64,000 nucleotides of DNA from an uncultured Opitutales bacterium (lineage in GTDB: Bacteria > Verrucomicrobiota > Verrucomicrobiia > Opitutales > UBA9783). The stretch lies in assembly GCA_944389435.1 (NCBI GenBank), contig CALXMI010000052.1:544-64543 (forward strand), read 5' to 3'. Numbering within the stretch: the stretch's first letter is position 1; every line of letters begins with the position of its first letter. The translations under genes and the position numbers were made by a program. Shown in pieces: positions 56,343-64,000 of the stretch. Below the pieces are notes generated by a model. It searched no databases and was not told the DNA's origin. It worked only from the letters and a program-made list of their open reading frames with translations.

Positions 56343-57755
56343 GTGCGTAAATCCTTTACTTTAGAGTCTGTGAAGGCGTATCGAAACCTATTAATCTTGC
56401 CTGCGTTTTGTTGTTTGCCCCTAGTTTTATCGGCCAGTAACAACGAACGAAGGTGGAATTTTTGGATAGAAAAAAGGACGACGCCTGACGAAACTCAATC
56501 GTTTGTTCGGCCCATTGGCGCCAGTTATGAGACAAAAGAGCGAATCGAGAATTTCTTTTTTTATCCTTTTGGCTGGGAATATCGTCAGCCCGATCGTCGT
56601 TACGCTTCTGCTATATTTAGCCTTGTTCAGTACGATTACCATAACGGCCCAACCCCTTACCGCGAAGGGAAGGTTTTTCCTTTTGTTTACTTTAAAAAAG
56701 GCGTAAACAAAGAAGCTGATTATGCAGCTGTTTGGCCTTTAGGTGGAACCGTCAAACCTTTCTTGGGATGCGACCAAATTAGCTGGTTCATGTGGCCCCT
56801 ATGGGTAAAAACTCAGAACAAAGGTGTCGTAAGCCGCTGGATGCCTTGGCCGTTTATTAATTGGCGTAAGGGTGACCACTGTGGTTTTGGATTTTACCCA
56901 CTTGGCGGTCATTTTTATAAAAAAGACGAATTCGACGAACGTTACTTTTTATGGCCTCTGGGATACCACCATAACCATTGGAAGCAAAACACCTACAAAT
57001 GTGGATTTCTGCCATTTTACACTTACGAAAAAAGTCCTAACGTAAAAGACCTATCGATCGTTTGGCCGTTTTGGGGCCATCGAATTGAAAACAAGCCTCA
57101 TTATGAAGAACATCGCCTTTTATGGCCATTATGGGTCCAAGGACGAGGCGAATTACGTACGGTAAAACGCTGGGCGCCTTTCTATACATTTTCAGAGATT
57201 AAAAACGATTCAAATTACCAAAAGACTTGGTATGCTTGGCCCTTCTTTAAGTTTCTATCTTGGACCGAACATGGCGTAAATATTCAACAGGAACAATTTT
57301 TGTATTTTTTATTTTGGCATCAAGAACAGTTCCATGCCCAAACGGATGAATTTTTAGGCAGCAAGACCCACGTCTGGCCCCTCTATTCTTATTGGGACGA
57401 TGGTCATGGACATAAACAATTGCAATCTTTGAGCCCCTTTGAGGTGTTTTTTCCCGGTAACAAAGTCGTACGCGACGTTTATACGCCCTTATTTACCCTT
57501 TTTCGATACGAAGAAAAGGATGGTTCCATACAACAATCTTGCTTGTTTAAGCTATTTCAGGAGAAAAGAGATAAAGAGGGCACAAGCCTGCATTGTCCAC
57601 TTTGTTTAGACTATAAAAATACTCGGCAAGAAAAAAGCTTTTCAATTTTAAAAGGTTTATTAGAATATAAGAAAGCCGGCAGTGAAAAGACGTTTCGGTT
57701 GTTTTGGATTCCGTTAGGAAAGGCAAAAATCGTAAAGGATAACAGGCTGTTATGA
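56343..57755 (+). CDS. Secreted aromatic-Pro-Leu/Phe repeat protein (~19-residue period), unknown family, translationally coupled to mlaE
   Basis: The track ORF is 56214..57755 (TTG), and there is no ATG in the first ~190 codons. A GTG at 56343 gives a signal-like 'MRKSFTLESVKAYRNLLILPAFCCLPLVLSA/SNN'. About 16 motifs of the type (W/Y/F)P(L/F) follow: FYPFGW, VFPFVY, VWPLGG, MWPLWV, PWPFIN, FYPLGG, LWPLGY, FLPFYT, VWPFWG, LWPLWV, WAPFYT, AWPFFK, VWPLYS and others. The stop overlaps the mlaE ATG (ATGA at 57752-55). Confidence 0.75.
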   Translation: MRKSFTLESVKAYRNLLILPAFCCLPLVLSASNNERRWNFWIEKRTTPDETQSFVRPIGASYETKERIENFFFYPFGWEYRQPDRRYASAIFSLVQYDYHNGPTPYREGKVFPFVYFKKGVNKEADYAAVWPLGGTVKPFLGCDQISWFMWPLWVKTQNKGVVSRWMPWPFINWRKGDHCGFGFYPLGGHFYKKDEFDERYFLWPLGYHHNHWKQNTYKCGFLPFYTYEKSPNVKDLSIVWPFWGHRIENKPHYEEHRLLWPLWVQGRGELRTVKRWAPFYTFSEIKNDSNYQKTWYAWPFFKFLSWTEHGVNIQQEQFLYFLFWHQEQFHAQTDEFLGSKTHVWPLYSYWDDGHGHKQLQSLSPFEVFFPGNKVVRDVYTPLFTLFRYEEKDGSIQQSCLFKLFQEKRDKEGTSLHCPLCLDYKNTRQEKSFSILKGLLEYKKAGSEKTFRLFWIPLGKAKIVKDNRLL

Positions 57756-58495
57756 AAGTATTAAAAGACTGGCAATATGCGTTCGTTTTGTTGTGGCAGA
57801 CGTTTAAGGAGTTGCGTTATTTGCCGCGTCAATGGCAACGTTGTATTGAACACAGCTGCAACATGGGCTACAAAACCTTCCCAATTGTTGGAATTTTGAG
57901 CCTATTTATGGGCGGCATCCTAGCTCTACAGACCGGTTACAGCCTGAGCAATTTGCCGGGAGCACAAACCTTTTTAGGCAGTATCGTAGGACTATCCATG
58001 TGTCGAGAATTGGGGCCCTTAATGACCGCATTCTTGCTCACTGGTAGGGTCGGTTCGGCCATCACGGCAGAGTTAGCTTCCATGTCCGCCTACCAAGAGA
58101 TTGACGCTCTGAAGACAATGAATCTTTCACCGACGCGTTTGCTTGTCATGCCACGCGTCCTGGGAGGATTATTAATGATGCCCTTATTGACCATGTTCTC
58201 AAATGTTTTGGGTTGGATAGGCGGCTGGTTTGTTGTAAAAACGGTAGACGTTATTTCCATTGACGGAGGTACTTACTGGAGGAGCTTACAACAATTTGTC
58301 GACTTGGACAGCCTAAATGACGGCCTTGTTAAAGCAGAAATCTTTGCCCTAACCATCATTCTTATGAGCTGTTCCATCGGCCTCAGGACCTTTGGCGGTC
58401 CTCGAGAAATAGGCGCATCCGTAACCAGTACACTTGTGCAGACAATGATCGCCATTTTAACCTTAGATTACTTTGTAACCAAACTCTTGTTATAG
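57752..58495 (+). CDS. mlaE: MlaE-type ABC permease
   Basis: 247 aa with the MlaE/YrbE layout ('CRELGPLMTAFLLTGRVGSAITAELASM'). Confidence 0.9.
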   Translation: MKVLKDWQYAFVLLWQTFKELRYLPRQWQRCIEHSCNMGYKTFPIVGILSLFMGGILALQTGYSLSNLPGAQTFLGSIVGLSMCRELGPLMTAFLLTGRVGSAITAELASMSAYQEIDALKTMNLSPTRLLVMPRVLGGLLMMPLLTMFSNVLGWIGGWFVVKTVDVISIDGGTYWRSLQQFVDLDSLNDGLVKAEIFALTIILMSCSIGLRTFGGPREIGASVTSTLVQTMIAILTLDYFVTKLLL

Positions 58496-58497
58496 AC

Positions 58498-59283
58498 ATG
58501 CCCATTTTTGATCAACATCGTAAAGCTCCTGTTTCCATCAAAATTAATGGAGTGTGTAAAGCTTTTGGCGAACGCATCGTGTTGAATCAACTGAATTTAG
58601 AGGTAAATCCAGGAGAAATTTTTGTACTCATGGGACCCAGTGGTGTCGGCAAAAGTGTTTTTTTAAAGCTGCTTGCAGGCTTAGACCGTCCAGATGCGGG
58701 CCACATTACCATTAACAGAACGTCCCTGGATCGCGTAAAGAAGACCAACAAATACGTTCTAGGATTGGTTTTTCAAGCGGGCGCCTTGTTCAATTCTATA
58801 TCCGTTTTTGACAACTTAGCCCTGTATTTTCGCGAACACGCCCTATACGATGAAGCCGAAATTGAAAAGCGTATTTTTCAAGTTTTACACATGCTCAATT
58901 TGCAAAACACAGCCTTTTTGATGCCTTCCAACCTCTCTGGCGGGATGAAAAAGCGTGTCGCCTTAGCGCGCGGACTTCTTATGGAGCCTGACGTCTTGTT
59001 GTTTGACGAACCCACATCCGAATTGGACCCTATGACGGCCGCATCCATTATTGAACTTATTGGGTTTGTCAATAAAAACTTAGGCATGACCACCGTTATT
59101 GTGTCTCATGATATTATCCTCGCTAAAAACATAGGTACGCATATCGGCGTGATTCAAAATGGAAAAATTGATGAAGTCTACACGGCTCAAACCATTATGT
59201 GTGCCAAAAATGAATATGTTAAAAATTTTCTAAACCCAACCATTAACCTGGAACATCCTAACTTCCTTTCTTTGTTATCATGA
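58498..59283 (+). CDS. mlaF: MlaF-type ABC ATPase
   Basis: Walker A 'GPSGVGKS', signature 'LSGGMKKRVALAR', Walker B 'LLFDEPTS'. Confidence 0.92.
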   Translation: MPIFDQHRKAPVSIKINGVCKAFGERIVLNQLNLEVNPGEIFVLMGPSGVGKSVFLKLLAGLDRPDAGHITINRTSLDRVKKTNKYVLGLVFQAGALFNSISVFDNLALYFREHALYDEAEIEKRIFQVLHMLNLQNTAFLMPSNLSGGMKKRVALARGLLMEPDVLLFDEPTSELDPMTAASIIELIGFVNKNLGMTTVIVSHDIILAKNIGTHIGVIQNGKIDEVYTAQTIMCAKNEYVKNFLNPTINLEHPNFLSLLS

Positions 59284-60275
59284 AGATCAAATATGACAGT
59301 ATTCGCGTAACCTTATTTACGATTTTTGGAATCGCCTTAATGTTCATTGTCTATTCAGCCTTGAATCGACTTTCAGTAACCAAGCATGACAGTTACAATA
59401 TTAAAGCATTATTTTCCGATTTAAAGCAGCTTCAAATCGGTGACGATGTGCGCGTAGCGGGTGTACGTGTCGGAAGCGTTACCAACACCTCTCTCAATCG
59501 AAATTTAGCCGTAGCGACTTTAAGCGTTGAAAAGCGCTTTAGCATACCTGAAGATTCGGTCGCAACCATTCTAATGTCTGGCTTATTGGGAGCCAATTAT
59601 GTTTCCATTATTCCAGGAACCTCGCAAAAAAATATTACTGATAACAGCTATCTTGACACGCAAAAAGCAGTCGACATCTATTCTGTAGTTAGAAAATTTA
59701 GTTCTATCGGCGACCGACTCGATCGTGTTTTATCAAGTTTTGACGGCAGTGGCGACGATATTGCTACGGAAGGAAAGCCTACGTTGTTCCAGGACATTGC
59801 TGATTTTGTTAGAAACAACAAAGACAAAATGAGTCAAGTCATCGACGACTGCTCTGTCATTACCCATAAAATTGCTCAAGGAGAAGGAACCTTAGGCCGC
59901 ATCATCCATGAAGACAAAGCCTATAACGATTTGATAGAAATGATGGATTCCATCAAGGTTGCCGCCCAAAAAGTCGACGGCATGATAAAATCTTTTCAAG
60001 GCGTAGCTGATGATATAAGACAAGGCAACGGTCTGCTAGGAAAATTGATGTACGATCCAAAAGTTGAACAATCTTTTAGTAAAATTATCAAAAACATCGA
60101 AAACTTTTCTGGCAAATTGAACAACGACAACAGCACCTTAGGCCGTATCATTACAAGCGACTCTCTGTACAAACAAGCTGAATCCGCCATTGAAAAGGTT
60201 GAAAAAGCCGTCGACAGTGTTGCCAACTCAGGACCTATTACAGCCGTCGGAGCAGCCGCAAACGCCCTCTTCTAG
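59280..60275 (+). CDS. mlaD: MlaD/MCE-domain protein with an extended C-terminal region
   Basis: N-terminal TM, MCE core 'GDDVRVAGVRVGSVT', and a long helical C-terminus with repeated '(E/N)GTLGRII' and 'GLLGKLM' motifs. Confidence 0.85.
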   Translation: MKIKYDSIRVTLFTIFGIALMFIVYSALNRLSVTKHDSYNIKALFSDLKQLQIGDDVRVAGVRVGSVTNTSLNRNLAVATLSVEKRFSIPEDSVATILMSGLLGANYVSIIPGTSQKNITDNSYLDTQKAVDIYSVVRKFSSIGDRLDRVLSSFDGSGDDIATEGKPTLFQDIADFVRNNKDKMSQVIDDCSVITHKIAQGEGTLGRIIHEDKAYNDLIEMMDSIKVAAQKVDGMIKSFQGVADDIRQGNGLLGKLMYDPKVEQSFSKIIKNIENFSGKLNNDNSTLGRIITSDSLYKQAESAIEKVEKAVDSVANSGPITAVGAAANALF

Positions 60276-60318
60276 TTTAAGAACGGCTTCTCGTCTTTTT
60301 AAAAAAAGCAGAAGCGAA

Positions 60319-61353
60319 TCAAGGCTTTACCGTTAACGATTTTACCTCATCTTTTCGCTCGTGAAATTCAAAAAATTGTTTCAGTGGAAAAATTTTTTCT
60401 TTGTTTAAAAACTGAATACGAACCGCATCATCGACCCATTTTTGAATGCTTACCTCCTCCACATGGGTTTCTAGGGAAAGATTTTCTAGGGTCTTTACAA
60501 CAAAATCGACAGGAAAGTCCAAATGGGTTTGGTATTTCAATTCCTGGTTTATGAGCTCTGCGGCCTGCTTTTTATTGTTCACAATCCACTGTGTAAGGTC
60601 TTCATGCAAACGTGTAATAGCCTGTCTTAAGGTTTTATTTTCACAGAAATTTTTGGAACCAACCAATAAGGTTGTCCAATTATCCTTGTCGTAGAAAAAC
60701 AATTGGCCTTTGGCTTCTTCTATGAGTCGAGACAGCCATGGCTCTATTGTCCAAACACCATCCACTTGCTTACGTTGAAACAACCTAAGCTGATCTGGGT
60801 TGGCCGTTGGCAACATAAACGTCTTCGTATAACCCTGCTTTTGAAACCATGCACGACAAGCAACATCCTGTGTATTTCCAAACTGGGGCGTTGCAATTTT
60901 CTTGTTTTCCCAACATTCGTCATTTTTCGTTGAAAAATTTGGCTGCAAAACAAGTCCCGATCCGCCTTTTACAGCACCATCAATAAGGTAAACTTCCTTA
61001 CCTTTTGTCCGCATATACAGATTAACAGCAGGACTTGGCCCAACATACGACAGGTCTATATTTCCCGTTAGCAAGCACTCCATGGCCAATGGCCCCGCAT
61101 TAAAACGACTCCATTGAAGCGTTACCTCTTCAGGAAGGTATTTTTTGAAATCAAACGAATACGAACTTGCCGACCCTAACCGCATAAGCGCTTGAAGGAC
61201 GAGTGCTTGTGGATGTGTTAAATTTGGGAAAAAACCCACTCGCAACACCTTCGTCTTTAATGTGGCGTTCGGTAACTTCGAGACCTCTAGAAACATACAA
61301 TAGAAGCCCATTACAAAGAAAAACAAAAGCCTCACGAGGACAGTTTTAAACAA
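60319..61353 (-). CDS. Orphan periplasmic substrate-binding protein (NMT1/SsuA/TauA-like)
   Basis: 'LRVGFFPNLTHPQALV', 'FNAGPLAMECLLTGNIDLSYVGPSPA', 'KKIATPQFGNTQD'. No permease or ATPase gene is adjacent. Confidence 0.7.
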   Translation of the reverse strand: MFKTVLVRLLFFFVMGFYCMFLEVSKLPNATLKTKVLRVGFFPNLTHPQALVLQALMRLGSASSYSFDFKKYLPEEVTLQWSRFNAGPLAMECLLTGNIDLSYVGPSPAVNLYMRTKGKEVYLIDGAVKGGSGLVLQPNFSTKNDECWENKKIATPQFGNTQDVACRAWFQKQGYTKTFMLPTANPDQLRLFQRKQVDGVWTIEPWLSRLIEEAKGQLFFYDKDNWTTLLVGSKNFCENKTLRQAITRLHEDLTQWIVNNKKQAAELINQELKYQTHLDFPVDFVVKTLENLSLETHVEEVSIQKWVDDAVRIQFLNKEKIFPLKQFFEFHERKDEVKSLTVKP

Positions 61354-61450
61354 AGTTTTTTAAAAGTAAATACTTTTTTATTTTTTATACCATAAAATGC
61401 TTTCAATTAAAAGATTGCATTTTTTACTCGTTTGAGCCATAATTGGGTCC

Positions 61451-61903
61451 ATGAAGAACAAGTTTTTAAGTCAATGTAGAGGGTTCTCCCTCATGGAAAT
61501 ATTGATCGTACTAGCTCTTATGGGCATGCTGCTAGGGTTGGTCATTTTCAACTCAGAATCGATTTTTGGTGGTGGCCAGAAAAAAGTCGCCAAGTTGTTT
61601 GTTTCAAAAAGCGTGGATATTCCGCTCATTGCGTATCGTTCACATATTGGCAGTTATCCTTCTACAGAAGAGGGCTTAAGTGCTCTACTGAAAGCACCTA
61701 TGGGAAAATCTTCACGCTGGCAAGGGCCTTACATCAAAGATCGTGAAAGTTTAGTAGACCCCTGGGGCAATCCTTACCAATACCGATATCCAGGCGTTCA
61801 TAATCCCAACAGTTACGATGTTTGGTCTATGGGGCCGGGCGGACAAAGTGGCGATGACGATGACATTGGCAATTGGGACAACAATGACGAAAGCGAAGAT
61901 TAA
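61451..61903 (+). CDS. gspG: Type II secretion major pseudopilin GspG
   Basis: 'CRG/FSLMEILIVLAL', 'YPSTEEGLSALL', 'DPWGNPYQYRYPG', 'YDVWSMGPGGQSGDDDDIGNW', plus an acidic tail. Confidence 0.92.
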   Translation: MKNKFLSQCRGFSLMEILIVLALMGMLLGLVIFNSESIFGGGQKKVAKLFVSKSVDIPLIAYRSHIGSYPSTEEGLSALLKAPMGKSSRWQGPYIKDRESLVDPWGNPYQYRYPGVHNPNSYDVWSMGPGGQSGDDDDIGNWDNNDESED

Positions 61904-61911
61904 TTGCTGCA

Positions 61912-62397
61912 ATGCCAGGTAATCGAAAATGCGCCTTTTCTTTAATCGAGGTGCTATTAGTACTGGCCCTGTTTGGATTAATAGGGTCTGTATGTGTCAT
62001 CAATTTTGACGTCGTACAAAAGGTCTTTTCCTCTGGCAATACGCAATGGATAACCTTGATAGAGGAAGCCGTTCAAGAAGGGCGGCTTTTGGCCTCTAAA
62101 GATCACTGTGTTGTTTTTTTAAAACAGGACGAAAAAAACCTTTCCTTGTATAAAAGGCCTCAGGAAATTTTGAGAATATTTCCTTGTCCTGCGACGGAAG
62201 ATACCTGTCATTTTGTATCCGGAGTATTGACCGAAAATGGCCTATTGCGCCCGTCTGAGCAAAAAATATCGCAAATCGAAATCAACCCAGACGGCTTTGT
62301 CAAAAGCGCATTCGTTGTCATTAATGGTGAAGAAGAACAAATTTATTCCATCGATCCACTAACAGGGATTTTTAAACAAACGGAGACATCCTTATGA
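61912..62397 (+). CDS. gspH: Minor pseudopilin, GspH-like by position
   Basis: 'NRKCA/FSLIEVLLVLALFG' (Ala at -1, Glu at +5). It is the second gene of the gspG operon. Confidence 0.6.
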   Translation: MPGNRKCAFSLIEVLLVLALFGLIGSVCVINFDVVQKVFSSGNTQWITLIEEAVQEGRLLASKDHCVVFLKQDEKNLSLYKRPQEILRIFPCPATEDTCHFVSGVLTENGLLRPSEQKISQIEINPDGFVKSAFVVINGEEEQIYSIDPLTGIFKQTETSL

Positions 62398-62810
62398 AAC
62401 AAACACGTACGGGTTTTACCCTTATCGAAGTGGTTGTGGCGCTGACGCTGTTTTCCATCTCTGTACTTGTTCTAACACAAAGTTTTATGAATGGTCTAAT
62501 GTGCAAAACAACATTAGAAAAGGAAGACACCAGACCATTTGTTCTCTTCACGATCCGACAACAACTATACGAAATGGAACGCGATAAGGTTACCGCTACC
62601 CACATTATTCCTTTTCCTGACAATGAAACAAAAGTCGAATGGCAAGGCTCCGTAGAGTTTTCAAAAATTTTGAACCTATACAAAGTAAGTGTAAAAATCA
62701 AGGACCAAGACGAACCGTTATACATTTGGCTGCATCGTCCCGATTGGATGACGAACGACGAAAGAAGTACGGTTCAACAAAAGTGGTTAACCGAAACAAA
62801 TGATGCGTAA
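62394..62810 (+). CDS. gspI: Minor pseudopilin GspI-like
   Basis: 'MKQTRTG/FTLIEVVVALTLFSISVL'. 138 aa, third gene of the operon. Confidence 0.7.
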   Translation: MKQTRTGFTLIEVVVALTLFSISVLVLTQSFMNGLMCKTTLEKEDTRPFVLFTIRQQLYEMERDKVTATHIIPFPDNETKVEWQGSVEFSKILNLYKVSVKIKDQDEPLYIWLHRPDWMTNDERSTVQQKWLTETNDA

Positions 62811-63519
62811 GAAAGGTTCAGGTTTTACGCTTATAGAGGTGGTTGTTGCTCTTTCTTTGGGCGGACTCATTCTAACCTCCATCATGTCGTTGCTCGTTGG
62901 TTTTTTGTATGCCTGGGAAAACAAAAAGACGCCTTATGAACTCTTTGTTCAACACGTGGATGCGTGCATGCGTTTCCTGGATAAAGAGTTGAATACGTTT
63001 GTCCCCATTTACCAAGGGAAATCGGTTGAATATGAAGCTTATCAACCCGTAAAGTTGAGTTTCAAAAATAAATCTGAACAGAATATTTTTGCCTTTGGTG
63101 GGCTCAAACAAACTCCGTTATTCTTTGTAGAGGACAATGCCTGCATCGCTTGGCGAATCTTGTTTTTGTCTCCAGAAGGGCTTTGTTTAGCCATAGAAAC
63201 TCCTGAAACCGTTGCCAAACGTTTACAAGAAGGCGTAGAAGCCACCGGTAAAACCGTGCAACAATGTTTTATATTAAGTCCTTACGTCAACAAGCTTGAA
63301 TATGGCATTTTAAATGAAGACAGAAGTACATGGGAATTTGCAACAACCATCGAACAATACGCTAAGCTTTTCCCGAAAAAAACAGACATAGGCCGTCCTC
63401 ACGGCTTACGTGTAACGTTCAAACAAGAAGATTGGGAATTGACGCGATTTATCTCTTTAAAAACAATCAAAAAGACCGATGACAAAAAACTTCAACGAAA
63501 GGTCCCCCATGCGCAATAG
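62800..63519 (+). CDS. gspJ: Minor pseudopilin GspJ-like
   Basis: 'MMRKKGSG/FTLIEVVVALSLGGLIL'. 239 aa, fourth gene of the operon. Confidence 0.7.
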   Translation: MMRKKGSGFTLIEVVVALSLGGLILTSIMSLLVGFLYAWENKKTPYELFVQHVDACMRFLDKELNTFVPIYQGKSVEYEAYQPVKLSFKNKSEQNIFAFGGLKQTPLFFVEDNACIAWRILFLSPEGLCLAIETPETVAKRLQEGVEATGKTVQQCFILSPYVNKLEYGILNEDRSTWEFATTIEQYAKLFPKKTDIGRPHGLRVTFKQEDWELTRFISLKTIKKTDDKKLQRKVPHAQ

Positions 63520-64000
63520 GCAAACCCTTGGGGCTGTTCTCATCATGGTTTTGGGTATGCTGATGGTTTTGTCAGCTCTGGTCGGCCTGTTTTTATCGGA
63601 AGTTACAAGAGATGTCCAGCTTCGATTCCAATTGTCGGGAAAGATAAACTTGAAGCATGAAGCTTACAACATTATGGATATCGTTCAAAGTCAATTGGAA
63701 GAACATCTAACCTTCAGCCAAGCTCCGCTTCCAAAAAATCCATTAAAAAACATTGCGTTGAATTTGCCGGAATCCTTACAAGTAGTCGTTGAACTCACAG
63801 ATGAATCTGGTAAACTTCCCCTAAACGAAATAAATCAGACGATGCTGACGGCTATTTTTCATTTATTTGGAGACATTTGGGACGCTCAAAAATTGGCCCG
63901 AGATTATATAAAATGGATCAAACGCAAGCCCGTACGAAGTCAGATAATAGAGTCCTGGAATAAGTCGTCTACCTTCAAACAATTACCTGAAGAAAAAAAT
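63509..64000 (+). CDS. gspK: GspK-like minor pseudopilin, 5' part (runs off the right edge)
   Basis: Not in the track because there is no stop in the window. ATG is at 63509, and I read 164 open codons to 64000. 'MRNRQTLGAVLIMVLGMLMVLSALVGLF' and 'LTDESGKLPLNEINQTML' fit the GspK 'D-E-x-x-K-x-N-x-N' region. Confidence 0.75.
   Translation, partial: MRNRQTLGAVLIMVLGMLMVLSALVGLFLSEVTRDVQLRFQLSGKINLKHEAYNIMDIVQSQLEEHLTFSQAPLPKNPLKNIALNLPESLQVVVELTDESGKLPLNEINQTMLTAIFHLFGDIWDAQKLARDYIKWIKRKPVRSQIIESWNKSSTFKQLPEEKN

Noticed and set aside
1-64000. Stop-codon reassignment or alternative genetic code
   Set aside because: All conserved genes (aaRS genes, mutS, clpC, gap, ribosomal proteins) run uninterrupted to ordinary stops at expected lengths. 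There are no in-frame TGA, TAG or TAA codons needing read-through.

Overview
This is a gene-dense chromosomal window of about 60 CDS, mostly housekeeping genes, from a diderm, rod-shape-competent bacterium. Envelope genes present are kpsF, lpxI, mlaEFD, an ArnC/ArnT-like pair, an AsmA-like partial gene and mreBCD. Translation genes are argS, cysS, lysS, leuS, infA, tsf, rpsB, rpmH and rnpA. Also present are mutS, xerC/D, comM, der, ychF, clpC, gap, ldhA and malQ. The many prepilin-type 'GFTLIEV' proteins, an McsB-ClpC pair, a CesT/YbjN-like protein and a short EF-Ts are compatible with a PVC-superphylum or Elusimicrobia-like lineage. I cannot assign taxonomy without a database search. I saw no rRNA, tRNA, CRISPR array, transposase, integrase island or prophage signature. 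The genetic code looks standard, since conserved genes end at ordinary stops. The most interesting content is as follows. (1) Type II secretion / type IV filament genes are dispersed over three loci. They include two short GspE-like ATPases that lack the C-terminal zinc domain, and a non-canonical module of pilin, GspF, a 908-aa PilX-N-anchored giant and an ATPase. (2) An overlapping operon encodes an McsB homolog that has lost essentially all phosphagen-kinase catalytic motifs, then ClpC with a poly-acidic linker, then a CesT/YbjN-like chaperone-fold protein, then cysS. (3) A DapF homolog fused to the mreBCD operon has both catalytic cysteines replaced by serine. (4) A roughly 470-aa protein built from about 19-residue aromatic-Pro-Leu/Phe repeats is translationally coupled to mlaEFD. 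(5) Several unexplained non-coding elements are present: tandem 19-bp repeats upstream of a small HTH gene, an orphan terminator in a 400-bp gap, and a long structured region upstream of rpsB. Degenerate catalytic motifs recur in otherwise intact ORFs (DapF-like, McsB-like, RluA-like). All functional calls rest on motifs I recognised by eye, and no searches were run.
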